Source: an uncultured Halobacteriovorax sp.
GTDB taxonomy: Bacteria; Bdellovibrionota; Bacteriovoracia; Bacteriovoracales; Bacteriovoracaceae
DNA: 64,000 bases
Assembly: GCA_913061265.1 (NCBI GenBank)
Contig: CAJXVS010000005.1
Span: 217,006-281,005 of the forward strand
Direction of reading: 5' to 3'
Positions 17,863 to 27,086 of the stretch are shown piece after piece. A model generated the notes under the pieces. The model had not been told where the DNA came from and searched no databases. It saw nothing but the letters and a program-made list of their open reading frames with translations. How positions within the stretch are numbered: the stretch's first letter is position 1; every line of letters starts with the position of its first letter. Position numbers and translations under genes: made by a program.

Positions 17863-19713
17863 ATGAAGTTTTCCTTTTTAATCCTATTCGCTGCCCTCTC
17901 CTTTAATCCTTTGGCCATGGCTGAAGATGCTATTGCTGTAGGCGGAGCTCCTGAAGAGGTTCCTGAAGATCCAGGCGCTCAAGGTGGAATTGGGGCTAAA
18001 GAAAAAGACCTTGAATTCATCCTTGAATCCTCTGGGGTTTCAAATAAGTTTGAGGCCTGTAAGGAAAATGTTGGGGCCGATAAGCTTAATGATAAAGTGA
18101 GCAGTTGTTTATGGAATCCAACTCAAGCACAAATAGACTTGGGCTTAGGTCTTTCTGGTGATGAAAAAGAAGTTGTCACCAACAAGGTCACTGACTTTGG
18201 AGGGAAAGCCGAAGGTAGTGAAGATTCAGGTAATTTAAAATTTGAGTCCATTGATAAAGGCTTTCTCAAACAAGTTAATCAAGAGCCTTCATTTCTGGCG
18301 CTCCAAGAACATATGAGAAAGAAGTTAGAGAAGACCATCTATGGTGAAGAAAAAGGTTTAACCATTGCCGATCACACCACCTTTCATAAGCTCTTTAAGT
18401 CTCAACTAACAAAGAATGTTATTCAGGCCATGAGTTCATACTGTCTTGATGCAGATCCTAGTAATGATTTTCTTATTGAAGAAAATAAAACCAAGCTAGC
18501 AGATCAGAGAAAGAAAAATATTGATAACCTTGCTAATAGCGGAGTAAGCACAGTTGCAGTCGACCCAAGTGATCCTACCAAAGGGACTGAGCAGCGCTTA
18601 GGTAGTGAGGCTAATTTCAACGAATGCGTAGGAGCTCTTAAGCATATTTGTTATGCTACCAATAGTGGAAAGTCCGACTACAACGCCATCTCAAAAGACT
18701 CTAAGACAAAGGATATTTATAAGAACTCAAAAACGAGGGCCTGTAATGTTGTGACTTATATAAAACAACTTAAGCAAAATATTATTGCCGTTAACGATAT
18801 TGAAACTAAATTAGAGAAGATTAGAACTGATGCCGGTGCTTCTGGAAATGGCTTTCAGGGAAATGTTGTAGAGAATCTTAAAAAGACTTATATGGTGGAT
18901 CAAAATGAAAGCCTTACTGTCATGAGTTCTAAAGAATTTGTAGAAGAGTCAGGATTCAAAGACGCCGTTGATGTGGAGAATGATGCTTTTAAAAAGTGCT
19001 TTGAAGGCAATGCCGTCGTCGACGAACAAGCGTGTAAGAAATACCTTTCAGATAAAAAAGAAGAGAACGAACAGCTGATCGCCGAAGCCGACTTAAGAAG
19101 CCGCGCCTTAGAAAAGAAGATCGATGATAGCCTAGCTGAAGATCCTGAAAAAGGAGTTCGTAGTTACTTATTGGATCAGGCCTTCTCTGAAGAAGAAATA
19201 GAAAAATTATTGGCCAGTAAGAAACCTGCTCAACTGGCTCAAGAAATTAAAGACCGTTATGCAGCTGAGAGAAAAGCGTATATTGATACCTTGGCGGAAA
19301 AAATCAAAGGCAAGACACAAGATGATCCTGATCTAGAAAAAGGTGACAACAAAGCTCGTTTAACAGTGATTCAAGAAGAGCTCTCAAGTAAGGCCAAAAG
19401 GTATACGGAACTTATTCACTTTACCAATATTGTAGCTGGTTACTTAAAGGTCTCAGGGAAGGATGGCGCCGGACAAGATACTTCTGGAAGAAATACAACT
19501 TCCCTTGCGATAGAACTCGGTGATTCCGCCTATAACCCTAATGGTGGGAGCCCTAGTGGAACTGGTAGAGGCACCGCATCTAATGGTGATGCTAAGGCCC
19601 ATGCCGATAAGATTGAGGCTTCTGCTGAGAGCGTTGGTATTAAGCCCGTCGTAGAAGAAGGAAAAGACAGCTCTATTTCCGCTAAGTCTATCAATGATAT
19701 TCTAGGTTACTAG
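17863..19713 (+). CDS. secreted acidic, coiled-coil-rich hypothetical protein (616 aa)
   Basis: Signal peptide MKFSFLILFAALSFNPLAMA. Glu/Lys/Asp-rich. No family recognised. Confidence 0.6.
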   Translation: MKFSFLILFAALSFNPLAMAEDAIAVGGAPEEVPEDPGAQGGIGAKEKDLEFILESSGVSNKFEACKENVGADKLNDKVSSCLWNPTQAQIDLGLGLSGDEKEVVTNKVTDFGGKAEGSEDSGNLKFESIDKGFLKQVNQEPSFLALQEHMRKKLEKTIYGEEKGLTIADHTTFHKLFKSQLTKNVIQAMSSYCLDADPSNDFLIEENKTKLADQRKKNIDNLANSGVSTVAVDPSDPTKGTEQRLGSEANFNECVGALKHICYATNSGKSDYNAISKDSKTKDIYKNSKTRACNVVTYIKQLKQNIIAVNDIETKLEKIRTDAGASGNGFQGNVVENLKKTYMVDQNESLTVMSSKEFVEESGFKDAVDVENDAFKKCFEGNAVVDEQACKKYLSDKKEENEQLIAEADLRSRALEKKIDDSLAEDPEKGVRSYLLDQAFSEEEIEKLLASKKPAQLAQEIKDRYAAERKAYIDTLAEKIKGKTQDDPDLEKGDNKARLTVIQEELSSKAKRYTELIHFTNIVAGYLKVSGKDGAGQDTSGRNTTSLAIELGDSAYNPNGGSPSGTGRGTASNGDAKAHADKIEASAESVGIKPVVEEGKDSSISAKSINDILGY

Positions 19714-19782
19714 TAAGGCCCCCTATACCCACCACTTTCATTTGATGCTAAAATTTCTCTTTCTCAATAAGAAGGAGCCTTA

Positions 19783-21555
19783 GTGAACTATTATAGCGAT
19801 GAGTCAGAATGGAAGTGGTTGTTTAAAAATGGAATCGATTGGGATTCAATTGTTAACCTGTACTACCCTAGTTTTCCTACCGAAGATGGCTTTGAAACTA
19901 AAGAGGATGTCATTCAATTCCTTGAAGAGCTCCTTACCCAAACCGGAGAGTGGGCCGGTACTTCAGTTAAAGAAATCGGCGAACTCCTCAATAAAGATGG
20001 GGCCGGTGAAGTTGTTGATGGCCGAACAGTTCCTGGTCCTCACTTACAAAGACTTTATAAAGAGGCAGCAGAGCTTAGTGTCTACGGACTTCCGCTTCCG
20101 CGAAAATTTGAAGGGCTAGAAGTTCCCTGCTCAATCTATATGATGTTTATAGGCCAGCTTGCCAGAAGCTGCATGTCCTCTTCTTCACAGATCGCTTTCT
20201 TTACTTCTATGGGTGAGATGATCCACCGTTACTGCGATAAAGAAACTCAGGAAAGACTTATTCCTAAGGTAATCTCTGGTGAGATCTCTGGATCTATGAA
20301 CTTAACAGAACCTGGTTGTGGATCTGATCTTGGTATGATGAAAACCTCAGCTACTCTTCAAGAAGATGGAACCTACCTCTTAAATGGATCAAAGATCTTT
20401 ATCACTAATGGTGGCGGCGGAGTTGCTTTTGTTTTAGCGAAAGTTAAAGGCGACGCTGATGACCTCTCTGGGATCTCTATGTTCTTTATTGAACAAGACC
20501 ATCCTGGAAAAGAAGGGCTTAATTTTGTTGTCGCTAAGAACGAAGATAAAATGGGGATGACGGGCTCTTTTACAACAGAGATCGTCTATGAAAACTCAGT
20601 TGCAAAACTAGTTGGTGAACAAGGAAAGGGCTTTAAGTACATGCTCTATCTTATGAACGAAGCTAGGATCTGTGTTGGTATTCAGGCCCTTGGTGTGATC
20701 GAAGCTAGTCTTGGTTACGCTAGAGAATATGCTGAAGGAAGAATGCAATTTGGAAAGCCCATTTCAGAGCTTCCCCTTATGAAAAGAAACCTCGAAGACT
20801 TTGAAACTGAAAGAGACGCCCTCCGCGCCTTGATCGTCGATACTGTTAGTAAGTTTGATCAGTTTCTCTATCTTGAAAATAAAAAACAAACGACAGGTGA
20901 CCTAAGCTCTGAAGAAAAGATCCTCTTTGATGATATGTGGCTTTGGACTCGTAAGAGAACTCCTCTTATAAAGTATTATGCCTGTGAAGCGGCTACTACT
21001 TTAACTCAAAGAGCTATTCAAGTTCTTGGGGGCTATGGCTATATGAAAGAATACCCAGTGGAGAGGTTTCACCGTGATAGCTTTGGTCCTCTTCTCTACG
21101 AAGGAACAAGTCAGATTCAGGCGCTTATGGCCTTAAAAGATATAATTAAATACGCCATCAAAGATCCTAAGAGTTTCTTTGGAAATGTCTTCTTTAAGCA
21201 CCCTGGAACAAAGCTTCTCACAGGAGCAGAAGAATGGAACAAAGAGTTCAGTAGCGTTCACTACCGCTTTAAGAAAAAGATGCTAGGCCTTCTTTTTGTA
21301 AGCCTAAAGCCTGAAGCTTCAAAAATGCTTGATTTTAAGAACTGGGCCAATGAAGATAATGTAAACTCTCTTATGGAACATGCTGAAACTTTATGCCAGG
21401 CCCTCTCTTATATGGAAACTCTTAGAGTTCTCGCTGAGCATGCTGACAAGGATAATTCCCGTGCAGCTCTCTTTCATCGCTATAAGACTTTAGTGGCACC
21501 AAGGCTTGAAGGAATCTATATGGATTGGAAATTAAGAACAGGAGCTACTTCTTAG
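19783..21555 (+). CDS. acyl-CoA dehydrogenase (long form with C-terminal extension)
   Basis: AAGGAG SD before a GTG start. LTEPGCGSDLG, FITNGG and GGYGYMKEYPVERFHRD motifs. Confidence 0.85.
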   Translation: MNYYSDESEWKWLFKNGIDWDSIVNLYYPSFPTEDGFETKEDVIQFLEELLTQTGEWAGTSVKEIGELLNKDGAGEVVDGRTVPGPHLQRLYKEAAELSVYGLPLPRKFEGLEVPCSIYMMFIGQLARSCMSSSSQIAFFTSMGEMIHRYCDKETQERLIPKVISGEISGSMNLTEPGCGSDLGMMKTSATLQEDGTYLLNGSKIFITNGGGGVAFVLAKVKGDADDLSGISMFFIEQDHPGKEGLNFVVAKNEDKMGMTGSFTTEIVYENSVAKLVGEQGKGFKYMLYLMNEARICVGIQALGVIEASLGYAREYAEGRMQFGKPISELPLMKRNLEDFETERDALRALIVDTVSKFDQFLYLENKKQTTGDLSSEEKILFDDMWLWTRKRTPLIKYYACEAATTLTQRAIQVLGGYGYMKEYPVERFHRDSFGPLLYEGTSQIQALMALKDIIKYAIKDPKSFFGNVFFKHPGTKLLTGAEEWNKEFSSVHYRFKKKMLGLLFVSLKPEASKMLDFKNWANEDNVNSLMEHAETLCQALSYMETLRVLAEHADKDNSRAALFHRYKTLVAPRLEGIYMDWKLRTGATS

Positions 21556-21569
21556 TAGCTCCCTTTTTT
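21541..21569 (+). terminator. Rho-independent terminator overlapping the stop codon
   Basis: GGAGCTACT-TCTT-AGTAGCTCC perfect 9-bp stem followed by CTTTTTT. Confidence 0.8.
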
Positions 21570-21571
21570 GA

Positions 21572-22204
21572 TTAGAATCTTGAACAAGTATCTGAAGTCT
21601 TATCCATGGCAACTGATGAACTATTAGTTCTGCTATGGATAGGAAAGTACTGATTAAAACAAGCGAGAGTTCCGCGGTTTCTTTTTTGAGCTCTTGCATT
21701 AGTCACGGCCTTTGTAGCAGCGCTAGTAGAACTCGTATTTCTTGAATGTTTATCATAAGAGAATTCAATCAACTCAACCTTACCTTTAACAGATCTGTCT
21801 GACTGAGAAGTGGCTAGGTCCATGGCCCCACCTGCGCTCTGGTTTCTCTTATGCTTTTCAAAAAGAAACTCTAAGACTTTCATGTCCACTACGTTCTTAC
21901 ATTTTACCTGGGCCCTCTCAAGAGCCGCTGAGCTACTATACTGACGCTTGTATTGCTCAAAGGCGTAATTGATACATAACTTAAAGTCTCCACCGCCGCC
22001 GCCTTGGCCTGCGATAAGAATTAGCCCTTCTTTTAAGAGGTCTCTGGCCTCAAGGAGATCTTCAGTATCAGCATCCGAGTAGGGAGCTTCACGGTCCATT
22101 CTCAAGCTAAGGTCACTGATCTGTCTCTTGATCGCTCTTCTATCTTGCGCCCAAAGAGAACTTGTTAAACAAATAATTAAAAATGATGCCTTCATGAAAT
22201 TCAT
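21572..22204 (-). CDS. secreted hypothetical protein
   Basis: Signal peptide MNFMKASFLIICLTSSLWA. Strong SD TTAGGAG 5 nt before the ATG. Confidence 0.5.
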   Translation of the reverse strand: MNFMKASFLIICLTSSLWAQDRRAIKRQISDLSLRMDREAPYSDADTEDLLEARDLLKEGLILIAGQGGGGGDFKLCINYAFEQYKRQYSSSAALERAQVKCKNVVDMKVLEFLFEKHKRNQSAGGAMDLATSQSDRSVKGKVELIEFSYDKHSRNTSSTSAATKAVTNARAQKRNRGTLACFNQYFPIHSRTNSSSVAMDKTSDTCSRF

Positions 22205-22272
22205 ACACTCTCCTAAGATTGTTTAGGAGATCATGGTAACATTTGAAAATTGAATGGGTAAAACGCCTGGCG

Positions 22273-22923
22273 TTATTGTGAGATAAGCTGCTGAGTCATG
22301 CTTTCAACACGTCCGTTAGAACAGGTTTTTTCTCTTGAGGCAAACTTGATCTGACCAGTTCTGTTTCCTGCGGCTGAATCAACCTCAAAGCGTTCTTCTT
22401 GGTCGATAACATAACCGCTTCCCACTAGAGTTGCTGATCTGACAATAATCCTATCAACACTTGAAGTTAGGAAACTGATTTCTACTAAACGACCAGAGGA
22501 AAGAGAACTTCTTGAAGGGTTGCCTCCATCTAAAAGAGATGAACAAATATCTTTTAAGACGCCGGCCTTATCTGTTTGAACATTATTGTAAAAAGGAATC
22601 TCGGAAATGGCATCAAAGATCATCGGCTGAGAAGATAGAGGCGCTTTTAAGGTAGTCCCTAAAAGCTCATTTTCATCATCTCCCTCACAATCTCTATAAG
22701 AAAGGTTAAAATTAAAAGTAGTGTTTAAGAAGCTCGCCCTATAATTGGTATTCTTAGAGCGAAACGCGTAACAAATCTTAATAGCAGTATTCTTTTCATT
22801 CGGACCAAACTCACCACCAGCACTAAGAGCGCTACCTAACTGAGATTCAGTTGAAGGCTTTCTCCCTGAGTTTCCACAGGAAACAGCTAAGGCCAAAAGA
22901 ATGAAGAGGATAGTTACTTTCAT
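22273..22923 (-). CDS. putative lipoprotein
   Basis: Leader MKVTILFILLALAVSC (lipobox AVSC). Confidence 0.55.
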   Translation of the reverse strand: MKVTILFILLALAVSCGNSGRKPSTESQLGSALSAGGEFGPNEKNTAIKICYAFRSKNTNYRASFLNTTFNFNLSYRDCEGDDENELLGTTLKAPLSSQPMIFDAISEIPFYNNVQTDKAGVLKDICSSLLDGGNPSRSSLSSGRLVEISFLTSSVDRIIVRSATLVGSGYVIDQEERFEVDSAAGNRTGQIKFASREKTCSNGRVESMTQQLISQ

Positions 22924-23000
22924 ACCTCTACCTTTTCGGGTAAAAACAGTATGTCTTTAGCAAAAAAGAGGAATTTTATTCCTATTCAAAGGATAAGTAT

Positions 23001-23723
23001 TTGAAATTTAGTGGATCTCTTGGCGAGTATGAAGTTATTCAAACTGAAGATGGCTCCTTTAGCCTCTTTTCAGAAGCTTTCAACGAGGGCTGCCATAGCA
23101 GTCATGGTGCTGCCACTGAAACCCGCTATGTTTATATTGATGGATGTGAAGTGGCCGACAGAAAGTCAAAATGCATCTTCGAAGTAGGCTTTGCTACAGG
23201 ACTTGGTTTTATTGAAACCTCAAAAGTCTTAGAGGACTTCATCTTTTATTCAACAGAGCTTGATGAAAAGTTAGTTCTTTGGGCACAAGAAAAAAACAAG
23301 ATCTTCGATACCTTTGAAAAAGTAGGAAACGCCTATGTTGGAACAAAGGGATCTGCAAAGGCCGTTATCTTAATTGGGGACGCTAGAGAGACCATTAAAG
23401 AGCACTCTTTCAAACTCCCCTTTGATGCCATCTACCAAGATGCTTTTTCTCCAAAAAGAAATCCTACTCTTTGGACGAAAGAATGGTTTGAGGATCTAAA
23501 AGAATTAAGCAGCGATGAGGTCATCCTCTCAACATATAGTGCCTCTTCCCGAGTAAAAAAGGCGCTCTTTGCTGCTGGCTGGATAGTTGAAGAAAGAGAA
23601 GGCTTTGCCTTCAAGCGTAGTGCTACAAGGGGCTTTCTAAAAGGCGAGCATAGCGATCAACTTTTAAAAAAATTAGAGAACCCAAAGATACTTCCTTACA
23701 CAGATAGCGAAATCAATTCCTAG
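23001..23723 (+). CDS. mnmC: stand-alone MnmC-type SAM methyltransferase domain (DUF752, tRNA mnm5s2U34 pathway)
   Basis: YQDAFSPKRNPTLWTKEWF...STYSASSRVKKALFAAGW closely parallels the E. coli MnmC DAFAPAKNPDMWT...TFTSAGFVRRGLQEAGF region. Only the methyltransferase domain is present (240 aa). Confidence 0.7.
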   Translation: MKFSGSLGEYEVIQTEDGSFSLFSEAFNEGCHSSHGAATETRYVYIDGCEVADRKSKCIFEVGFATGLGFIETSKVLEDFIFYSTELDEKLVLWAQEKNKIFDTFEKVGNAYVGTKGSAKAVILIGDARETIKEHSFKLPFDAIYQDAFSPKRNPTLWTKEWFEDLKELSSDEVILSTYSASSRVKKALFAAGWIVEEREGFAFKRSATRGFLKGEHSDQLLKKLENPKILPYTDSEINS

Positions 23724-23774
23724 TGTTTATATTTTTCCGTAAGTTTCCGATAATATTAATAATTGGAGATTATT

Positions 23775-25133
23775 ATGGGACAGATCGTTCTCATTGAAGA
23801 CAACCCGAGTTTGAATGAACTCTTAAGTATTAACCTGAGCACCTATGTTGGTGTTGAAGTTATTCCTCGCGCGAACGCTGATGAGGCCATAGGTCTTCTG
23901 ACTATCCTGCCCACTATTGATCTTATTATATGTAAGCATAAGATCGGTGAAGAAAGCACTGCTAAAAAAATTGTTGAATTTATTAACTCTAAAAAATTAG
24001 ATACAGGGCTAATCATCTTAGGCGGAAATGTTAAGAGTCATTCGGAACATGCCGTCGTTATTGAAAATGCCAATGAATGGGAAAAAGTGATCAACACTTC
24101 CGCTAAGATCCTAGGCATCAGCCAAGAGATCTTGGCCAAAAAGATACTCCCCGATTATATTCCCGTCCCGGTCTCTTATTTTGCAAGACTTGATACTTCA
24201 TGCTGTGACGTTTTTATTAGAATTAAGAAGGGACCGGATGATTATCAATTTGTTAAGAGGATTCACGCAGGTGACGCCTTTTCTAAATCTATGGTTAAGA
24301 GATACGTTGAACAAAACCTAACGCATTTTTATATAGCTAAGGATATGCAAAAAAACTTTACCAACTTCTTAAGCGATCAACTTGTCCAGCTTCTTGATCA
24401 AGACTATGATGAAATCGACGAGCAAATTCAAGTCATCGCTGATAGTTACTCAGTAGCGACAAAAGAGATCTTAAAACTTGGCTTTACTTCAGCCACTGTT
24501 CAGCTAACAGATTCAATCGTTGATAATATGGTTGATGTCTTTGGTAAGACCAGTGAGATGAGCGGTCTTCTGCATAAGATCATCAATTCAAAATCAGGCT
24601 ACCTCTATCAGCATTGTCATATGACTTCGGTAGTGGCCAGTGAATGTATAAAGAACCTTGGAATAGAAACAAAAGCCGATCATGAAAAACTGGCCTTTGC
24701 GGCCTTCTTTAAAGATATAAGTTTTGTCGAAAATGAAGACCTCGCCCGCATCACAACTTACGATGAGCTTGAGGCCTCAAATATCTCTGAAGAAGACTGG
24801 GACTTAGTTTTTAATCATGCTTTAGAGTCCTCTGTTCTTATTAGAAAACATCCTGAAGCTCCATTAGGTGTGGACGAGATTGTTAAGCTTCACCATGGGG
24901 CCATGAATGGGAAGGGATTTTCAACGGCGAATGTCTCTAAAATGAATTCACTTCAGCAGATCTTTCTGATCTCTTCAGAGTTTGTTAAAGAGCTAATGGC
25001 CTTTAGAGAAAGAGGCGGAAAACCGACTCCCATCATTGATGAACTTTATCAAAAATATCCAACACCAGAGATGATCAATGTGATTAAGGCACTAGAGACA
25101 ACCCTCAAGAGAAAAAATGGCAAGAAGGCATGA
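23775..25133 (+). CDS. receiver-like domain fused to a degenerate HD-GYP-like domain
   Basis: GGAG SD 6 nt before ATG 23775. CheY-like N-terminus IVLIEDNPSLNELL. The C-terminal H...KD (instead of HD) and HHGAMNGKGFS resemble HHE.DG.GYP. Confidence 0.5.
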   Translation: MGQIVLIEDNPSLNELLSINLSTYVGVEVIPRANADEAIGLLTILPTIDLIICKHKIGEESTAKKIVEFINSKKLDTGLIILGGNVKSHSEHAVVIENANEWEKVINTSAKILGISQEILAKKILPDYIPVPVSYFARLDTSCCDVFIRIKKGPDDYQFVKRIHAGDAFSKSMVKRYVEQNLTHFYIAKDMQKNFTNFLSDQLVQLLDQDYDEIDEQIQVIADSYSVATKEILKLGFTSATVQLTDSIVDNMVDVFGKTSEMSGLLHKIINSKSGYLYQHCHMTSVVASECIKNLGIETKADHEKLAFAAFFKDISFVENEDLARITTYDELEASNISEEDWDLVFNHALESSVLIRKHPEAPLGVDEIVKLHHGAMNGKGFSTANVSKMNSLQQIFLISSEFVKELMAFRERGGKPTPIIDELYQKYPTPEMINVIKALETTLKRKNGKKA

Positions 25134-26074
25134 GTCTCTTTAAGAACAAAGTGATCACTGATCTTTTTAAGATAGACTACCCCATAGTTCAAGGCGGCAT
25201 GGTCTGGGTCTCTGGGGGAAAACTCGCTGCGGCCGTTAGTAATGCTGGCTGCCTAGGTCTTATTGGTGCTGGCTCTATGAAACCAGATCTCTTAAAGCAG
25301 CACTTAGCCATGGCCAATCAGTTAACCGATAAGCCTTTTGGTGTTAATATCCCACTTCTTTATGAAAAAGCCTCCGAACAAATACAAACAGCTCTCGACG
25401 CTGGGGTTAGAATCTTTTTTACTTCTGCAGGATCTCCTAAAAAATACACTTCCTTCTTAAAAGATAAAGGCTGCACTGTAGTCCACGTAACTTCCTCGCC
25501 GGAGCTTGCCTTAAAATGCGAGGCCGCAGGTGTTGACGCCATTGTCGCTGAAGGCTTTGAAGCTGGCGGGCATAATGGAAGAGATGAGATCACAACCATG
25601 AGCTTAATCCCTCAGGTCAGAGACCTTATAAAGATCCCCCTTATCGCCGCTGGTGGAATTGGTGATGGAAGAGGAATAGCAGCCGCTCTAGCTTTAGGAG
25701 CTGATGGCGTTCAACTAGGAACTCGCTTTGCGGCGACTAAAGAATCCTCTGCCCATGAAAATTTTAAAGAGGCCATCATCAAGGCGAAGGCCTCTGATAC
25801 TCTCCTTACTATGAAAGAATTAGTTCCCGTTAGACTTTTAAAGAACAAGTTCTTTCAGGAGATCTTAACAGCTGAAGAGAACTGCTCTAGCAAAGAAGAG
25901 CTTCAAAAGATCCTAGGCAAGGGCCGCGCTAAAAAAGGCATGCTCGAAGGTGATATGGATCAAGGTGAACTTGAGATTGGTCAGATTAGTGCTTTGATAA
26001 AGAACACACCCACGGTTAGTGAATGTGTTCTTGAATTACTTGATTCTTATAAAGAAACTCTTAAGATCTTTTAA
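25130..26074 (+). CDS. nitronate monooxygenase / FabK-family FMN oxidoreductase
   Basis: ATGA overlap with the upstream gene. YPIVQGGMVWVSGGKLAAAVSNAGCLGLIG and GADGVQLGTRF motifs. Confidence 0.8.
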   Translation: MSLFKNKVITDLFKIDYPIVQGGMVWVSGGKLAAAVSNAGCLGLIGAGSMKPDLLKQHLAMANQLTDKPFGVNIPLLYEKASEQIQTALDAGVRIFFTSAGSPKKYTSFLKDKGCTVVHVTSSPELALKCEAAGVDAIVAEGFEAGGHNGRDEITTMSLIPQVRDLIKIPLIAAGGIGDGRGIAAALALGADGVQLGTRFAATKESSAHENFKEAIIKAKASDTLLTMKELVPVRLLKNKFFQEILTAEENCSSKEELQKILGKGRAKKGMLEGDMDQGELEIGQISALIKNTPTVSECVLELLDSYKETLKIF

Positions 26075-26948
26075 GGGCAGCAATACGATCCTCTAAAGGA
26101 GGATGCGTACTCATTAGCGCCATAAACCCTGTTTTAGCAGAGATTTGAAAGGCCGCCATATTATCTTCTTTAACTTCACTCATGAGAGCTTGATTAGACT
26201 GTAAGTTTTCTAGGGCCTTAATCATATTATCTTTTCCGCCAAGTTTCGCTGACCCAGCATCGGCTCTGTATTCTCTCCAGCGAGAGAAATAGGCCACTAG
26301 TGGCATGGCCAAAATACCAAAAAAGACTTGAAGCAGGTTTCTCACGATCATTTGAGCAAAGAAGCCTAAGCCCCCGCCTCTTTCATCGTCATCACCTCTC
26401 ATGGCATTGTCGATAATTTGCGTTACAACAAAGGCCGCGAACATAACAAAGGTGTTCACCACCCCTTGAACCAAGGCCATAGTAACCATGTCACCATTTT
26501 CAATATGGGCCACTTCATGGGCCAAAACGCCATCACGTTCTTCTTTACTCATTCTCTCTAATAGACCAGTTGAAACCGCTACTAAAGAAGTGTTCTTAGA
26601 GCCACCTGTAGCAAAAGCATTAACATCAGGAGAGTTATAAACACCAACCTCTGGCATAGTCTCAATTCCTGCTTTACGAGAGAGTTGATGAACAGTTTGA
26701 ACTAAGTCTGTATAGTTTGGGTTGCCTTCTACAAGCTCAACTCCCATTGATCTCTTGGCCATCCAGCGCGAAAGTTTGAGTGAGACAAAGCTTCCTACCA
26801 TCCCGAAGATAAAACACATGACAAAGAGTCCTGCGTACCCTGTGGGCATCTGAATACCGAGGTAGCGAGTAGCCACTGTTACAATTGTTGAGACAAGAAC
26901 GATAATAAGTATGTTTGTCATTATCCAAAAGCCGAATCTTTTAATCAT
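26061..26948 (-). CDS. htpX: M48 zinc protease HtpX
   Basis: HEVAHIENGD (HExxH). TM topology and N-terminus typical of HtpX. C-terminal STHPPLEDRI. Confidence 0.9.
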   Translation of the reverse strand: MIKRFGFWIMTNILIIVLVSTIVTVATRYLGIQMPTGYAGLFVMCFIFGMVGSFVSLKLSRWMAKRSMGVELVEGNPNYTDLVQTVHQLSRKAGIETMPEVGVYNSPDVNAFATGGSKNTSLVAVSTGLLERMSKEERDGVLAHEVAHIENGDMVTMALVQGVVNTFVMFAAFVVTQIIDNAMRGDDDERGGGLGFFAQMIVRNLLQVFFGILAMPLVAYFSRWREYRADAGSAKLGGKDNMIKALENLQSNQALMSEVKEDNMAAFQISAKTGFMALMSTHPPLEDRIAALKRS

Positions 26949-26985
26949 CTATAGCTCCATTAGCTAAAAAAGTTCATCTACCTAC

Positions 26986-27014
26986 ATAATGGGTTTGAAT
27001 ATTTTTTTGTCAAG
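26986..27014 (-). promoter_or_regulatory. possible sigma32-type heat-shock promoter of htpX
   Basis: The minus strand reads CTTGAC-15 nt-CCCATTAT, against the consensus CTTGAA-N13-15-CCCCATnT. It lies about 35 nt upstream of the htpX start. Confidence 0.35.
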
Positions 27015-27086
27015 TTTAAGGCCCTGAATAAACTTAACTTTTAATCAGTAAGTGCCGAATAAGAGGTACGCAAAAGGAAGAGAGAA

